DNA from: Phycisphaerales bacterium
GTDB taxonomy: Bacteria; Planctomycetota; Phycisphaerae; WQYP01
Assembly: GCA_027451365.1 (NCBI GenBank)
Contig: DAIDJN010000080.1
Coordinates: 1 to 61,906, forward strand
Direction: 5' to 3'
DNA length: 61,906 nt
The notes under the pieces were generated by a model. That model saw only the letters and a list, made by a program, of their open reading frames with translations. It did not search any database and was not told the origin of the DNA. The translations under genes were made by a program, and so were the position numbers. Positions 9,926-19,026 of the stretch are shown here, piece by piece (the first letter of the stretch is position 1; each line of letters starts with the position of its first letter).

Positions 9926-10987
9926 TTAAGCCTTTTGGGCGTCGGCAGTCGCCGGGACGGCGGCGGGTTCCTGCCCCACCGCGTCGGTTTCAGATTCAGA
10001 TTCAGGAATCGCCATACCAAGGGAAAGCCCCATATCCTGCAGTTTGCGTTTAACCTCACGAAGACTGGTCTTACCAAAACTGCGAACTTTCAGAAGTTGG
10101 GCGTCAGTCATTCGGGCCAAATCGCCAACGGTATGAATTTTGGCCGACTCCAGACAATTGCCCGCTCGAACGGAAAGCTCCATCGTGGTGATGGGTTGAT
10201 CAAGCTTGGAGGCAAGCTCCTGGCTGAAAACCGCGGGGGCGGACGGTTCGTCGGCCACCAGCGGCGCATCAATTTCATCACCAAGGTCAAATTGATGCAG
10301 AAATGCGTTCAGATGCTTCCGCAGGATTTTGGCGGCCTCAATCAGCGCCAATTCCGGCGTGATGGTGCCGTTGGTCCAGATTTCCAGCAACAGGCGGTCG
10401 TAATTGGTTTTCTGACCGACGCGTGTGTCCTCGGTTTTGTAGCGCACGCGCGTGACCGGCGAGTAGACCGAGTCAATCGGAATAATACCAATGATCTGTT
10501 CTTCAGCGGTGTTTTCAGCGGCGGTCACAAAGCCGCGACCCTTGTGAATTTCCAGTTCCATGTCAAAGGTCATGTCGCTGGTAATGGTGGCCAAAACCAG
10601 GTCCTTGTTGTGAATGGTAATTGCCGGGTCGCCCTGCAGGTCGCCGGCGGTAACCACGGCCGGCCCCTTCTTGCGCACCGTGAGGTTTTTGGGAACGTCG
10701 CCTTCCAATGAAACAATCAGGGATTTGACGTTGAGAATAATATCCGTGACATCTTCCACGATGCCCGGTATCTGGGCAAATTCATGTTCCGCACCGGCAA
10801 TGCGCACTGAAACTGGCGCGGCACCCTCCAGGCTGCTAAGCAGCACGCGTCGAAGCGAATTGCCGATGGTGGTACCGAAGCCGCGTTCAAACGGTTCAAT
10901 GGTAAATTTGCCATACGTTTCGTTGAGGATGGAATGATCCACATCCACTTTAGTGGGCAATTCAAGCCCGCGCCAGCGCATACGCAT
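9926..10987 (-). CDS. rpoA: RNA polymerase subunit alpha
   Basis: EPFERGFGTTIGNSLRRVLLSS; alpha-CTD LSVRAGNCL...SFGKTSLREV. Confidence 0.99.
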   Translation of the reverse strand: MRMRWRGLELPTKVDVDHSILNETYGKFTIEPFERGFGTTIGNSLRRVLLSSLEGAAPVSVRIAGAEHEFAQIPGIVEDVTDIILNVKSLIVSLEGDVPKNLTVRKKGPAVVTAGDLQGDPAITIHNKDLVLATITSDMTFDMELEIHKGRGFVTAAENTAEEQIIGIIPIDSVYSPVTRVRYKTEDTRVGQKTNYDRLLLEIWTNGTITPELALIEAAKILRKHLNAFLHQFDLGDEIDAPLVADEPSAPAVFSQELASKLDQPITTMELSVRAGNCLESAKIHTVGDLARMTDAQLLKVRSFGKTSLREVKRKLQDMGLSLGMAIPESESETDAVGQEPAAVPATADAQKA

Positions 10988-11137
10988 AAAAAAACCTCCG
11001 ATTCAAACCGCCGCGGGATTATCGCCGCATGGCATCTATCACCACGGCAGGAAAACATCAAAAAATGTCAACCGGGCGATATAGCCCGGGCATTGGCACC
11101 ATGCATCGCACAGATGAATCATCCGGCGAGCGAAAAA

Positions 11138-11518
11138 TTAAACACGGCGTTTTTTAGGCGGCCGACAGCCGTTGTGCGGCAGCGGTGTGTTGTCTTCAAT
11201 CGACGTGATTTTCAGGCCGCTGTTCTGAAGGGCGGTAATAGCCGATTCACGCCCCGATCCCGGACCGTTCACGCGAACTTCCAACTCCTGAAGGCCAAAC
11301 TTCTTGGCCTTGCCGGCGCAGTTTTCCGCGGCGCGAGTGGCGGCGAAGGGCGTGCTTTTACGCGAACCCTTGAAGCCGACAGTCCCTGCTGAATCCCAGG
11401 CGAGGGTTTCGCCGTTCACATCGGTAATCGTCACCTGTGTGTTATTGAAGCTCGCTTTGATGTGGGCGATTCCACGAACCACATTCTTGCGAACTTTCTT
11501 CTTCCCAACCTTTGCCAT
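11138..11518 (-). CDS. rpsK: 30S ribosomal protein S11
   Basis: [33 protein letters not shown]; start moved to MAKVGKK. Confidence 0.98.
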   Translation of the reverse strand: MAKVGKKKVRKNVVRGIAHIKASFNNTQVTITDVNGETLAWDSAGTVGFKGSRKSTPFAATRAAENCAGKAKKFGLQELEVRVNGPGSGRESAITALQNSGLKITSIEDNTPLPHNGCRPPKKRRV

Positions 11519-11679
11519 AAGCACACCTTTGTTAATAACCAGCGAAGCCATCAGCGTCGCGAATCTACAGTTTTTATTCCGACAGGCCGGATGTTCTGAA
11601 TCCGCGCCCCGTCTGCGTTCAGGCGACTCCGGGCCTGTCCGCAAAATGCGGTCGATCCATAGCCGCAATTCATTACGGG

Positions 11680-12066
11680 TTAGCCGTGCAGTTCCTTGAC
11701 GCCCTTCTTGCCGGCCACAGTCTTACGCGGTCCCTTGCGGGTACGCGCATTTGATTTCGTGCGCTGTCCGCGAACCGGCAGATTGCGCCGATGGCGCGAT
11801 CCGCGGTAAGACTGAATATCCTTGAGCCGGGCGATATTCTGTTGCAACTGCCGACGAAGGGCACCTTCCACGACAATACTGCGGTCAATGATGTTGACAA
11901 TGCGGGCAACTTCATCTTCGGTAAGGTCCTTGGCCCGCTTCTGAGGATCAATGGAGGCTTCCTTGAGGATGCTCATGGCATTTACGGGACCGACGCCATA
12001 GACATAGCGAAGGGAAATACGCACGGGCTTGTCCAAGGGAATATCCACACCGGAAATACGGGGCAT
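11680..12066 (-). CDS. rpsM: 30S ribosomal protein S13
   Basis: [27 protein letters not shown]. Confidence 0.99.
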   Translation of the reverse strand: MPRISGVDIPLDKPVRISLRYVYGVGPVNAMSILKEASIDPQKRAKDLTEDEVARIVNIIDRSIVVEGALRRQLQQNIARLKDIQSYRGSRHRRNLPVRGQRTKSNARTRKGPRKTVAGKKGVKELHG

Positions 12067-12140
12067 TCGAGGCTCCTTAACCTGCTATCCATATTGATAT
12101 GGGCCGTCGCGCCACGTCGCCCGGGGCGCAACAACCCGGT

Positions 12141-12257
12141 TCAACCCTGACGCTGCTTGTGGCGGGGGTCGGCTTTGCATACGACGCGCAAAACTCCAGC
12201 ACGCCGCACAACAATGCAATGCTCACAAATTCGTTTAACGCTCGATCTTACTTTCAT
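12141..12257 (-). CDS. rpmJ: 50S ribosomal protein L36 (Zn-ribbon form); below the ORF-track length cutoff
   Basis: Manual translation [38 protein letters not shown]. Confidence 0.97.
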   Translation of the reverse strand: MKVRSSVKRICEHCIVVRRAGVLRVVCKADPRHKQRQG

Positions 12258-12421
12258 GGTCGCGATCCATTTCGTTGAATTCAACTGCGGGCGAACATCG
12301 CCCGATCCGCCGGTCTCATGCCGCCAGGCCGATACCCTTGTGCACCAACGGACTGATTCCCGCGGAATCAGCGGTGCGGCTTATGGAAGGCTGCCAAGCG
12401 GCCATCCAAGCCAAGCCCAGC

Positions 12422-12450
12422 AGTTTACCACGATGCCTGATTTTTGCCAA
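12422..12450 (-). promoter_or_regulatory. promoter of rpmJ-rpsM-rpsK-rpoA-rplQ
   Basis: TTGGCA-17 nt-TAAACT. Confidence 0.6.
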
Positions 12451-12562
12451 CTGTCATCGACTCCGCCCGGATATTCCATTCTCCGCCGCCGGGGCAATCT
12501 CGGCGGCCGCCTTCCTTTGAAGACCACCAGGTCGCAACATTCGGCAATTTAACTGCATGCAA

Positions 12563-12778
12563 TCAGTTCCGGGTTATTATTCTTCCTCGCGACAGGTCGT
12601 AAGGTGACATTTCCACAATAACCCGGTCACCCGGCAAAATACGGATATAATTGACGCGCATCTTTCCGGAAATATGTGCCAGTATAATGTGGCCGTTCTC
12701 TAATTTGACCCGAAACATCGCGTTGGGCAGTGCTTCACTGACCACAGCTTCAACACGAAGTGCTTCTTCCTTTGGCAT
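12563..12778 (-). CDS. infA: translation initiation factor IF-1
   Basis: [34 protein letters not shown]. Confidence 0.99.
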   Translation of the reverse strand: MPKEEALRVEAVVSEALPNAMFRVKLENGHIILAHISGKMRVNYIRILPGDRVIVEMSPYDLSRGRIITRN

Positions 12779-12827
12779 TCAAATCCCCGTCAGAGCCATA
12801 AAACAGCGGCGAGCCAGCCAAACCCGC

Positions 12828-12850
12828 AAAAAAACACGGCCCCCTGGCCG
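12828..12850 (-). terminator. intrinsic terminator-like hairpin between map and infA
   Basis: CGGCC-AGGG-GGCCG followed by TGTTTTTTT on the minus strand. Confidence 0.45.
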
Positions 12851-12903
12851 GGCAGTCAGGCACAACGGCACCGCCAGCAGATAATTTCTGCTTGAATTTT
12901 GCG

Positions 12904-12932
12904 ATTATGCGTTATCACAGCCCATTTGTCAA
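12904..12932 (-). promoter_or_regulatory. infA promoter overlapping the map stop codon
   Basis: TTGACA-17 nt-CATAAT. Confidence 0.65.
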
Positions 12933-13697
12933 TATTTCGCATCCGCTGGCTGTGACGGCCAGGGTATGTTCGACATGGGCGGCCGCGGAATCGTCTTTGG
13001 AAACGACGGTCCAGCCATCATCCAGCACCACCACTTCTGGACGGCCGATAATGACCATCGGCTCAACGGCGATAGTCATTCCCGGTTCAAGATAAAAATC
13101 ATCGCGATTCAGAAATTCTCGCGACACAAAATTTGGTACTTTTGGGTCCTCATGCATCCGTCGGCCTATGCCATGCCCTACGAATTCGCGCACGCATGAA
13201 AAGCCATTGCTTTCGACGTGAGCCTGCATTTTTCCGGCAATTTCGCTCCAGCGAATTCGCGGGCGAATGGACCGAATCGCAACATCCAACGTTTCTTCGC
13301 TTACACGAATAAGCTTTGCGATGGAATCCGAAACAGAGCCGACCGGCACAGTGATGGCGGAATCTCCGCACCAGCCATCCAGCCGAATTCCGCAATCAAT
13401 ACTGACCACGTCGCCTTCTTTTAACACCCGCGAACCGGGAATGCCGTGCACGACTTCCTGATTAACACTGATGCACGTATTGCCGGGGAAGCCGCGGCCC
13501 GGTTCATAAGTGGGATAATTTTTGAATAATCCCACACCCTTAAGCGATGTGAATGTGTCGAACGCCAGTTGGTCCAATTCGGCCGTTGATATTCCGGGGC
13601 GAACCGCCTGACGACAGACCGAAAGGGTCTGGTGAACCACGCGCCCGGCCGCCCGCATAAGTTCAATTTCCTGCCGAGATTTTAACGCAATTCGCAT
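12915..13697 (-). CDS. map: methionine aminopeptidase type I
   Basis: CISVNQEVVHGIP, DxG...GDSA, GHGIG..HEDP, AVEPM, AHVEHT; start could be 13727. Confidence 0.96.
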   Translation of the reverse strand: MRIALKSRQEIELMRAAGRVVHQTLSVCRQAVRPGISTAELDQLAFDTFTSLKGVGLFKNYPTYEPGRGFPGNTCISVNQEVVHGIPGSRVLKEGDVVSIDCGIRLDGWCGDSAITVPVGSVSDSIAKLIRVSEETLDVAIRSIRPRIRWSEIAGKMQAHVESNGFSCVREFVGHGIGRRMHEDPKVPNFVSREFLNRDDFYLEPGMTIAVEPMVIIGRPEVVVLDDGWTVVSKDDSAAAHVEHTLAVTASGCEILTNGL

Positions 13698-13791
13698 TTG
13701 ATCTTTCCGAGTCAGATTTAGCCACATTCCCGCGATTGATATTACCGACCAGCATGACGCCGCAAACGATCGGCAGCGCCAGGCGAAGCGT

Positions 13792-14457
13792 TTAGTTCCG
13801 TTCCGGATTATCCGCGAAATGCCGACGAATTTTATCGAGGACGGACAGGGTTACATCGCTTGGCGCGCCGGTGGCGTCAATGGTTTTGAAATCTCCCTGT
13901 TGAGCATAAAACGAAATAAGAGGAGCCATACTTTCCTGATACGTGTGAATCCGTGTCCGTACCACTTCAGGCTGGTCGTCCTCGCGAATGATCAGCGCAC
14001 TCTCGTCGTTGTCACAATGGCCGGGAACTTTTGGCGGCATGGAATCCAGATGATAAACCGCCAGGCAGACCGGGCATATTCGGCGCCCTTCAAAACGACG
14101 GGCGAGCACAGACGGATCGACCACAAAATTTAAAACCAAGCCAAGCGGCCGATTGGCGTTCTGCAGCATGGTACGCAAGGCCTGCGCCTGAGGCAGCGTA
14201 CGCGGAAAGCCGTCAAGCACAAAACCGCGATTCAGCGCGGCGATCTTTTTTTCCATCAGGCGGATCATCAAGTCGTCGGGCACCAGCAGGCCATTGTCAA
14301 TAAAATCCCGAATGCGCATGCCCAATGGCGAACCGCTCATCTTTTCGCCGCGCAGAAGGTCACCACTTGAAAGGTGAACCAGGTTGAATTCCTGACAAAT
14401 GCGAACAGCCTGCGTTCCCTTCCCGGCACCCGGTGGTCCCAAGAGGGCGATTCTCAT
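13792..14457 (-). CDS. adk: adenylate kinase
   Basis: GPPGAGKGTQA, LDGFPRT, Cys-containing LID. Confidence 0.98.
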   Translation of the reverse strand: MRIALLGPPGAGKGTQAVRICQEFNLVHLSSGDLLRGEKMSGSPLGMRIRDFIDNGLLVPDDLMIRLMEKKIAALNRGFVLDGFPRTLPQAQALRTMLQNANRPLGLVLNFVVDPSVLARRFEGRRICPVCLAVYHLDSMPPKVPGHCDNDESALIIREDDQPEVVRTRIHTYQESMAPLISFYAQQGDFKTIDATGAPSDVTLSVLDKIRRHFADNPERN

Positions 14458-15899
14458 GCGGCCGATCCTTTAACCGGCCGTATGCTTGTGGCAGACCCCT
14501 GGGCGGCGGCGGGTTTGCGCCGCGCGGAAGACGAACTTTCCGGTTCCAACAGGCTGCCATAATTCCGCATGACCAGATTCGCTTCAACGCGGTTAATGAA
14601 GTCCAGCAGCACACTGACCACAATCAGCAGGCCGGTACCCCCAAGGAACTGGGTAATCATGTAATTCACGCCCATATAGCGGGAAACCACCGTGGGCACC
14701 AAGGCGATAACCGCCAGAAACGCCGCGCCGCAATAGGTAATTCGCGTCATGACGTTTTCCAGATATTCTGCGGTACGCTTGCCAGGGCGAAGCCCCTTGA
14801 TGAAACTGCCGTAGTCGCGCAACTGATCGGCCATTTCCTTGGGACGGAACTGGACGGTGTTCCAGAAATAAGAGAAGAAGAAAATCATGGCCACATAACA
14901 GACAATATACAGGTAGTGGCCGGTAATAAGCGAGCTTTCCAGCACCTGAAAAACGCGGAACTGGCCCAGATGCGGCGAAAGCCATTGCAGCACAACCGTC
15001 GGAATCAGCATAAGCGAACTGGCGAATATGATCGGCATGACGCCACCATGATTCACGCGCAACGGAAGGTACTGGGTCTGGCCGCCGTATACACGATTCC
15101 CGCGGATATGCTTGGCCTGTTGAATGCTAAGACGGCGCTGGGCCTGTTCAAGAATAATAGCGCCAGCCGAAACGCTGACAAAAGCCGCCAGAAGAAACAT
15201 GATCGTTCCGATGCCATAGCGGTGATTTTCCGCGCCCGCCACAGTCAGCGAGGTATGTTTGTACAGACTGGCAATGGCCGAGGGCATGCGCGAAACAATA
15301 CTGGCCATAATGATCAGCGACACGCCATTGCCGATGCCGAACGCGTCTATCTGTTCGCCCAACCACATCAGGAAAATACTTCCCGCAGACATGGCCAGGA
15401 GTCCGGTGATCCAGAACAGTGTCAGATGATGGTAATAGGTGTTCGGGTAAAGCAGGCCATGGGCCCGATGGGGTGATGTGGCGGTGAGATATTTCAGCCA
15501 GACCACAGACTGGATGACGCAAAGTACCACGGTGGCATAGCGTGTCCATTCATTTATTTTACGCATTCCGGGCTCGCCTTCCTTTTGCAGCTTTTCAAGC
15601 GAAGGGATGACCGTACCCAGAAGCTGAAAGATGATTGAAGCACTGATGTAAGGCATGATACCCAGCCCAAAGATGGTACTCATACCAAGGTTGCCGCCCG
15701 AAAAGAGCGACAGATAGTTGCTGATCTGCCCGACGGCGGAGTTGGACTGCTGAGAAACGAAAAGACTTAATGCGTGGGTATCGACACCGGGCAGCGGCAC
15801 GAAAAAGCCGATGCGATATACGCAGAGCAAGCCAACTGTGAACAGCAGCTTATTGCGCAGTTCTGGAATGCGGAAAATATTAAACAGTGTCTTGAACAC
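14454..15899 (-). CDS. secY: preprotein translocase subunit SecY
   Basis: LGIMPYISASII, WLGEQI..FGIGNGVSLII, GVMPIIFASS, GLRPG, GGTGLLIVV; GTG start (MFKTLFNIFRIPELR) after GAGG. Confidence 0.98.
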   Translation of the reverse strand: MFKTLFNIFRIPELRNKLLFTVGLLCVYRIGFFVPLPGVDTHALSLFVSQQSNSAVGQISNYLSLFSGGNLGMSTIFGLGIMPYISASIIFQLLGTVIPSLEKLQKEGEPGMRKINEWTRYATVVLCVIQSVVWLKYLTATSPHRAHGLLYPNTYYHHLTLFWITGLLAMSAGSIFLMWLGEQIDAFGIGNGVSLIIMASIVSRMPSAIASLYKHTSLTVAGAENHRYGIGTIMFLLAAFVSVSAGAIILEQAQRRLSIQQAKHIRGNRVYGGQTQYLPLRVNHGGVMPIIFASSLMLIPTVVLQWLSPHLGQFRVFQVLESSLITGHYLYIVCYVAMIFFFSYFWNTVQFRPKEMADQLRDYGSFIKGLRPGKRTAEYLENVMTRITYCGAAFLAVIALVPTVVSRYMGVNYMITQFLGGTGLLIVVSVLLDFINRVEANLVMRNYGSLLEPESSSSARRKPAAAQGSATSIRPVKGSAA

Positions 15900-15982
15900 A
15901 AAAAACCTCGCTGCCGCGGACATTATTCAGGCTGGCGGAAGCGTCAACTTCCGCCCTGGGCCTGGGGAAATTCAAGCCCGCA

Positions 15983-15991
15983 ATTGTAGCA
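15983..15991 (-). promoter_or_regulatory. extended -10 promoter for secY
   Basis: TG-C-TACAAT on the minus strand ~85 nt upstream of the start. Confidence 0.45.
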
Positions 15992-16101
15992 GAAGACAGG
16001 GCCGACCGACAAATGGTCGAAACGGCAATTCGTTCCAGCGAAAAAGAAACGTGCGCGGGTTTGACTTGAAGGGGCGATTGTGCGAAAATACGTATCTTGA
16101 T

Positions 16102-16175
<74 letters not shown>

Positions 16176-16178
16176 TTT

Positions 16179-16207
16179 AAAAAGGCCGGCCCAAAGCCGG
16201 CTTTTTT
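16179..16207. terminator. probable bidirectional intrinsic terminator
   Basis: aaaaag-gccggc-ccaaa-gccggc-tttttt. Confidence 0.8.
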
Positions 16208-16519
16208 ATTGGCAGAGCAGATCAAACCTTAACAAGGGTACAAAATAATTAGGCTGCGGCAAAGGAAAAAGTCTTCGCCCGCAAAATCAACTCAGGGCAC
16301 AATTCATGCGGCGGCAGTAATCGGGAGTTGGGTGTTCATGTCGAACGCCGTTTCTCTGCCAATCGCATCGTCGCCCCATTCGCTTTCACCATCCGGGCGC
16401 CTTAGCCCGCAAAGCCTTTAAACATGCCGCCAGGTTGAAAACTCAATCGCCATGCGTATGCCCGGAACCAATCGGGTGGAACGCATGCGCCCTGGAGGCC
16501 TCATATCGATGCTACTGAT

Positions 16520-18991
16520 TTAACTCAGCAGGCCGGAGGGTGGGCGGTGTTTAGGATCGGTAGCCCAGTCCTTATCCGGAGTGGCGGACATTTGGAACAC
16601 CAGATCGCCGCCGCGGGTAATTTCTTCATGGGTGATCCAGGATCGTTCAAGAATCTTGCCGTTGAGTTTCACCTGCTTAATGTAACAATTGGCGGCGCTG
16701 TTATGATGCGCCACAATGGTGAATCTTGTTTTGGTGTGCGGGTTATTGATATCAACCCTGTTTACCAGTGGGCTTCCAATCACGTACACACCCGTGACTG
16801 CATTGACCGGATAAAAGCCCAGCGCCCCCATGGCAAAGCAACTGGACAACTGGCCGCAATCGTCATTGCCGGGAATGCCGGTGGGCGTATTGTTGTAAAG
16901 GGCGAGAATTTTTCGGACCCAGTACTGAGTTTTCCAGGCCGCCCCGGCAAATGGATAGAGATAGGGAATGTGGTTGCTCGGCTCATTGCCCTGGGCATCC
17001 TGACCGACCATACCGCTGATATCCGGCGGCGATTGGTACACCTGTGAGGGTGCCCGGAAAAAGGCGTCGAGCTTGGCGATGAAATTCTGATCGCCCCCCA
17101 TAAGAGCGATTAATCCGGGCACGTCCTGCATCACATTAAAGGTGGCCTGCCAACTGTCGGATTCGGTGAAGTCATGCCAGTATTCCTGGTCCGGGCGGAA
17201 GGGTTCCCGCCAGCGGCCATCGGCAAGTTTGCCCCGCATAAATCCCGATTTTGAGTCAAACAGGTTGCGGTAATTCTGCGCCAATTTATAAAACATGCTG
17301 GCATCTTCATGTTTTTCTAACATTTGCGCCATGGCACCCACACACCAGTAGTCGTAGGCAAAATCCAGCGTGCGAGAAACCGATTGCTGCCCGGGCGCAG
17401 ATGCCACGTAACCCAGCGTGCGGAACTGTTCCTGAAGGGCCTTGTTGTTGTTCGCCGTAGCACCCACAAGTGCCGTATCGCGCATGGCGGCGTAGGCGGC
17501 CGACACGTCAAAATCGCGGAATCCGCGGGCATAGGCGCCGGCGATCATCCCGACAACATGAAAGCCGGTCATACACCAGGTTTCATTGCCCCACAGTGGC
17601 CAGACCGGCAGAGAATGCTGACCCAACTGCTGGTAATCGACCAGCAGCGTGCTGATGACTCCGCCGACCCGTTGCGGCTGTGTCAGCATGATAAAAGGGA
17701 ATTCGCCCCGGTATATATCCCAAATGGAAAGCGTGGTGTACTTGGTAAAGCCGGGATTTGCATGATTTTTGTGATCTTGGCCGCGGTAGGTGCCATCCAC
17801 ATCGTTAAATGTCGCCGGAGCGATCAGGCCGTGGTAGGCGGCGCTGTAAAATGTTTCCGAAAGCGCTTTATCGGAAAATTCCGCGTTAAAGCAGGCCAGT
17901 TCATTCCCCCATGCGGCCTGCGTCCGGGATTTAACAGACTGAAAATTCCAATGCGGAATTTCCGCCGCCAGATTTTTCCTGGCCCCTTCAATTCCCGTAC
18001 AGGAAATACCGACCCGCACCACCAGAGGCCGACGCGACGGAGCGTGGCTGAATATGGCTTTGACCTGTGTACCGGAAAACTTTCGGGCGGAAGGGCTGAT
18101 ATTTTCCGTTTTGCGACCATCCACGGAAACATCATAACTGGCGATCGGCTCGCTGAATTCGATAACAAAATAGACTTGCTTATCCGCCGCCCAGCCATGG
18201 GTATAGCGCTTGCCGCTGATAGTGGTGGGGCTTTCAACATTTAATTGTGCATGATAAACCGAACAGCCAAGTCCATGAACCAGGTCCAGAATAACGCCGC
18301 GCCGGGTCGCCGCGGGCAGCGCTGGATATGTATAGCGGTGCATGCCGCAGCGCGTGGTGGCGGTGAGTTCCGCCTTTACTCCGGGTTTTTGCAGATATAC
18401 GCTGTAATAACCGGCGCGAACCACTTCCTGTTTATGGGAAAATGGCGAGGCGTAATTCTCACCGCCGGCGGAAACCCAGCCGGAATCATGACCCAGCGCA
18501 ACGGTTTGCATTTCGTGCTGGCCGCGCGGCTTGTGGGCATCCCATCCCCAATTGGCACCTTCCACCACAGGCATCAGCAGAACATCGCCAAGGTCTTTGG
18601 CTCCGGTGCCCTGCAAATGGGTATGGCTGAAGCCCAGAACGGTGTTGTCCGGATAGTGGTAACCCGAACAATGATCCCAATGATACAGGTCCCAGCGGCT
18701 ATTCCATTTGGGTTCCGGTGGACCGGCTGTGTCCGGACTTAATTGAACCAGGCCAAACGGTGCCGCTGCGCCGGGAAAGGTATGGCCATGCCAGCCGGTG
18801 CCGACAATCGGACGAACATACGCAAGACCGGTTGCCTCGGGTCGGGACTCGAAGTTCCCACTGGCTCTGGCAATGGATACAGATGATCCGGTCGGGTCCA
18901 GTCGGTCGATCATGACCGCTGCGGCGGCCACGGCAACCGCCCCCTGCAGAAACTCCCGTCGGCGAATGCTTTTCGAATTTTCAACTTTCAT
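16520..18991 (-). CDS. GH92 alpha-mannosidase family protein with Tat signal
   Basis: RRREFL twin-arginine leader; GHTFPGA..PFGLVQLSPDT, GFSHTHLQGTG, GNEPSNHIPYLY, GNDDCGQLS. Confidence 0.92.
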   Translation of the reverse strand: MKVENSKSIRRREFLQGAVAVAAAAVMIDRLDPTGSSVSIARASGNFESRPEATGLAYVRPIVGTGWHGHTFPGAAAPFGLVQLSPDTAGPPEPKWNSRWDLYHWDHCSGYHYPDNTVLGFSHTHLQGTGAKDLGDVLLMPVVEGANWGWDAHKPRGQHEMQTVALGHDSGWVSAGGENYASPFSHKQEVVRAGYYSVYLQKPGVKAELTATTRCGMHRYTYPALPAATRRGVILDLVHGLGCSVYHAQLNVESPTTISGKRYTHGWAADKQVYFVIEFSEPIASYDVSVDGRKTENISPSARKFSGTQVKAIFSHAPSRRPLVVRVGISCTGIEGARKNLAAEIPHWNFQSVKSRTQAAWGNELACFNAEFSDKALSETFYSAAYHGLIAPATFNDVDGTYRGQDHKNHANPGFTKYTTLSIWDIYRGEFPFIMLTQPQRVGGVISTLLVDYQQLGQHSLPVWPLWGNETWCMTGFHVVGMIAGAYARGFRDFDVSAAYAAMRDTALVGATANNNKALQEQFRTLGYVASAPGQQSVSRTLDFAYDYWCVGAMAQMLEKHEDASMFYKLAQNYRNLFDSKSGFMRGKLADGRWREPFRPDQEYWHDFTESDSWQATFNVMQDVPGLIALMGGDQNFIAKLDAFFRAPSQVYQSPPDISGMVGQDAQGNEPSNHIPYLYPFAGAAWKTQYWVRKILALYNNTPTGIPGNDDCGQLSSCFAMGALGFYPVNAVTGVYVIGSPLVNRVDINNPHTKTRFTIVAHHNSAANCYIKQVKLNGKILERSWITHEEITRGGDLVFQMSATPDKDWATDPKHRPPSGLLS

Positions 18992-19026
18992 AATATGTCC
19001 TTACCTTAATAAGAGAAACCAGTCGA

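Noticed and set aside
10988..11137. rpsD remnant between rpsK and rpoA
   Set aside because: Only 150 nt with no S4-like translation; relocation of rpsD is common
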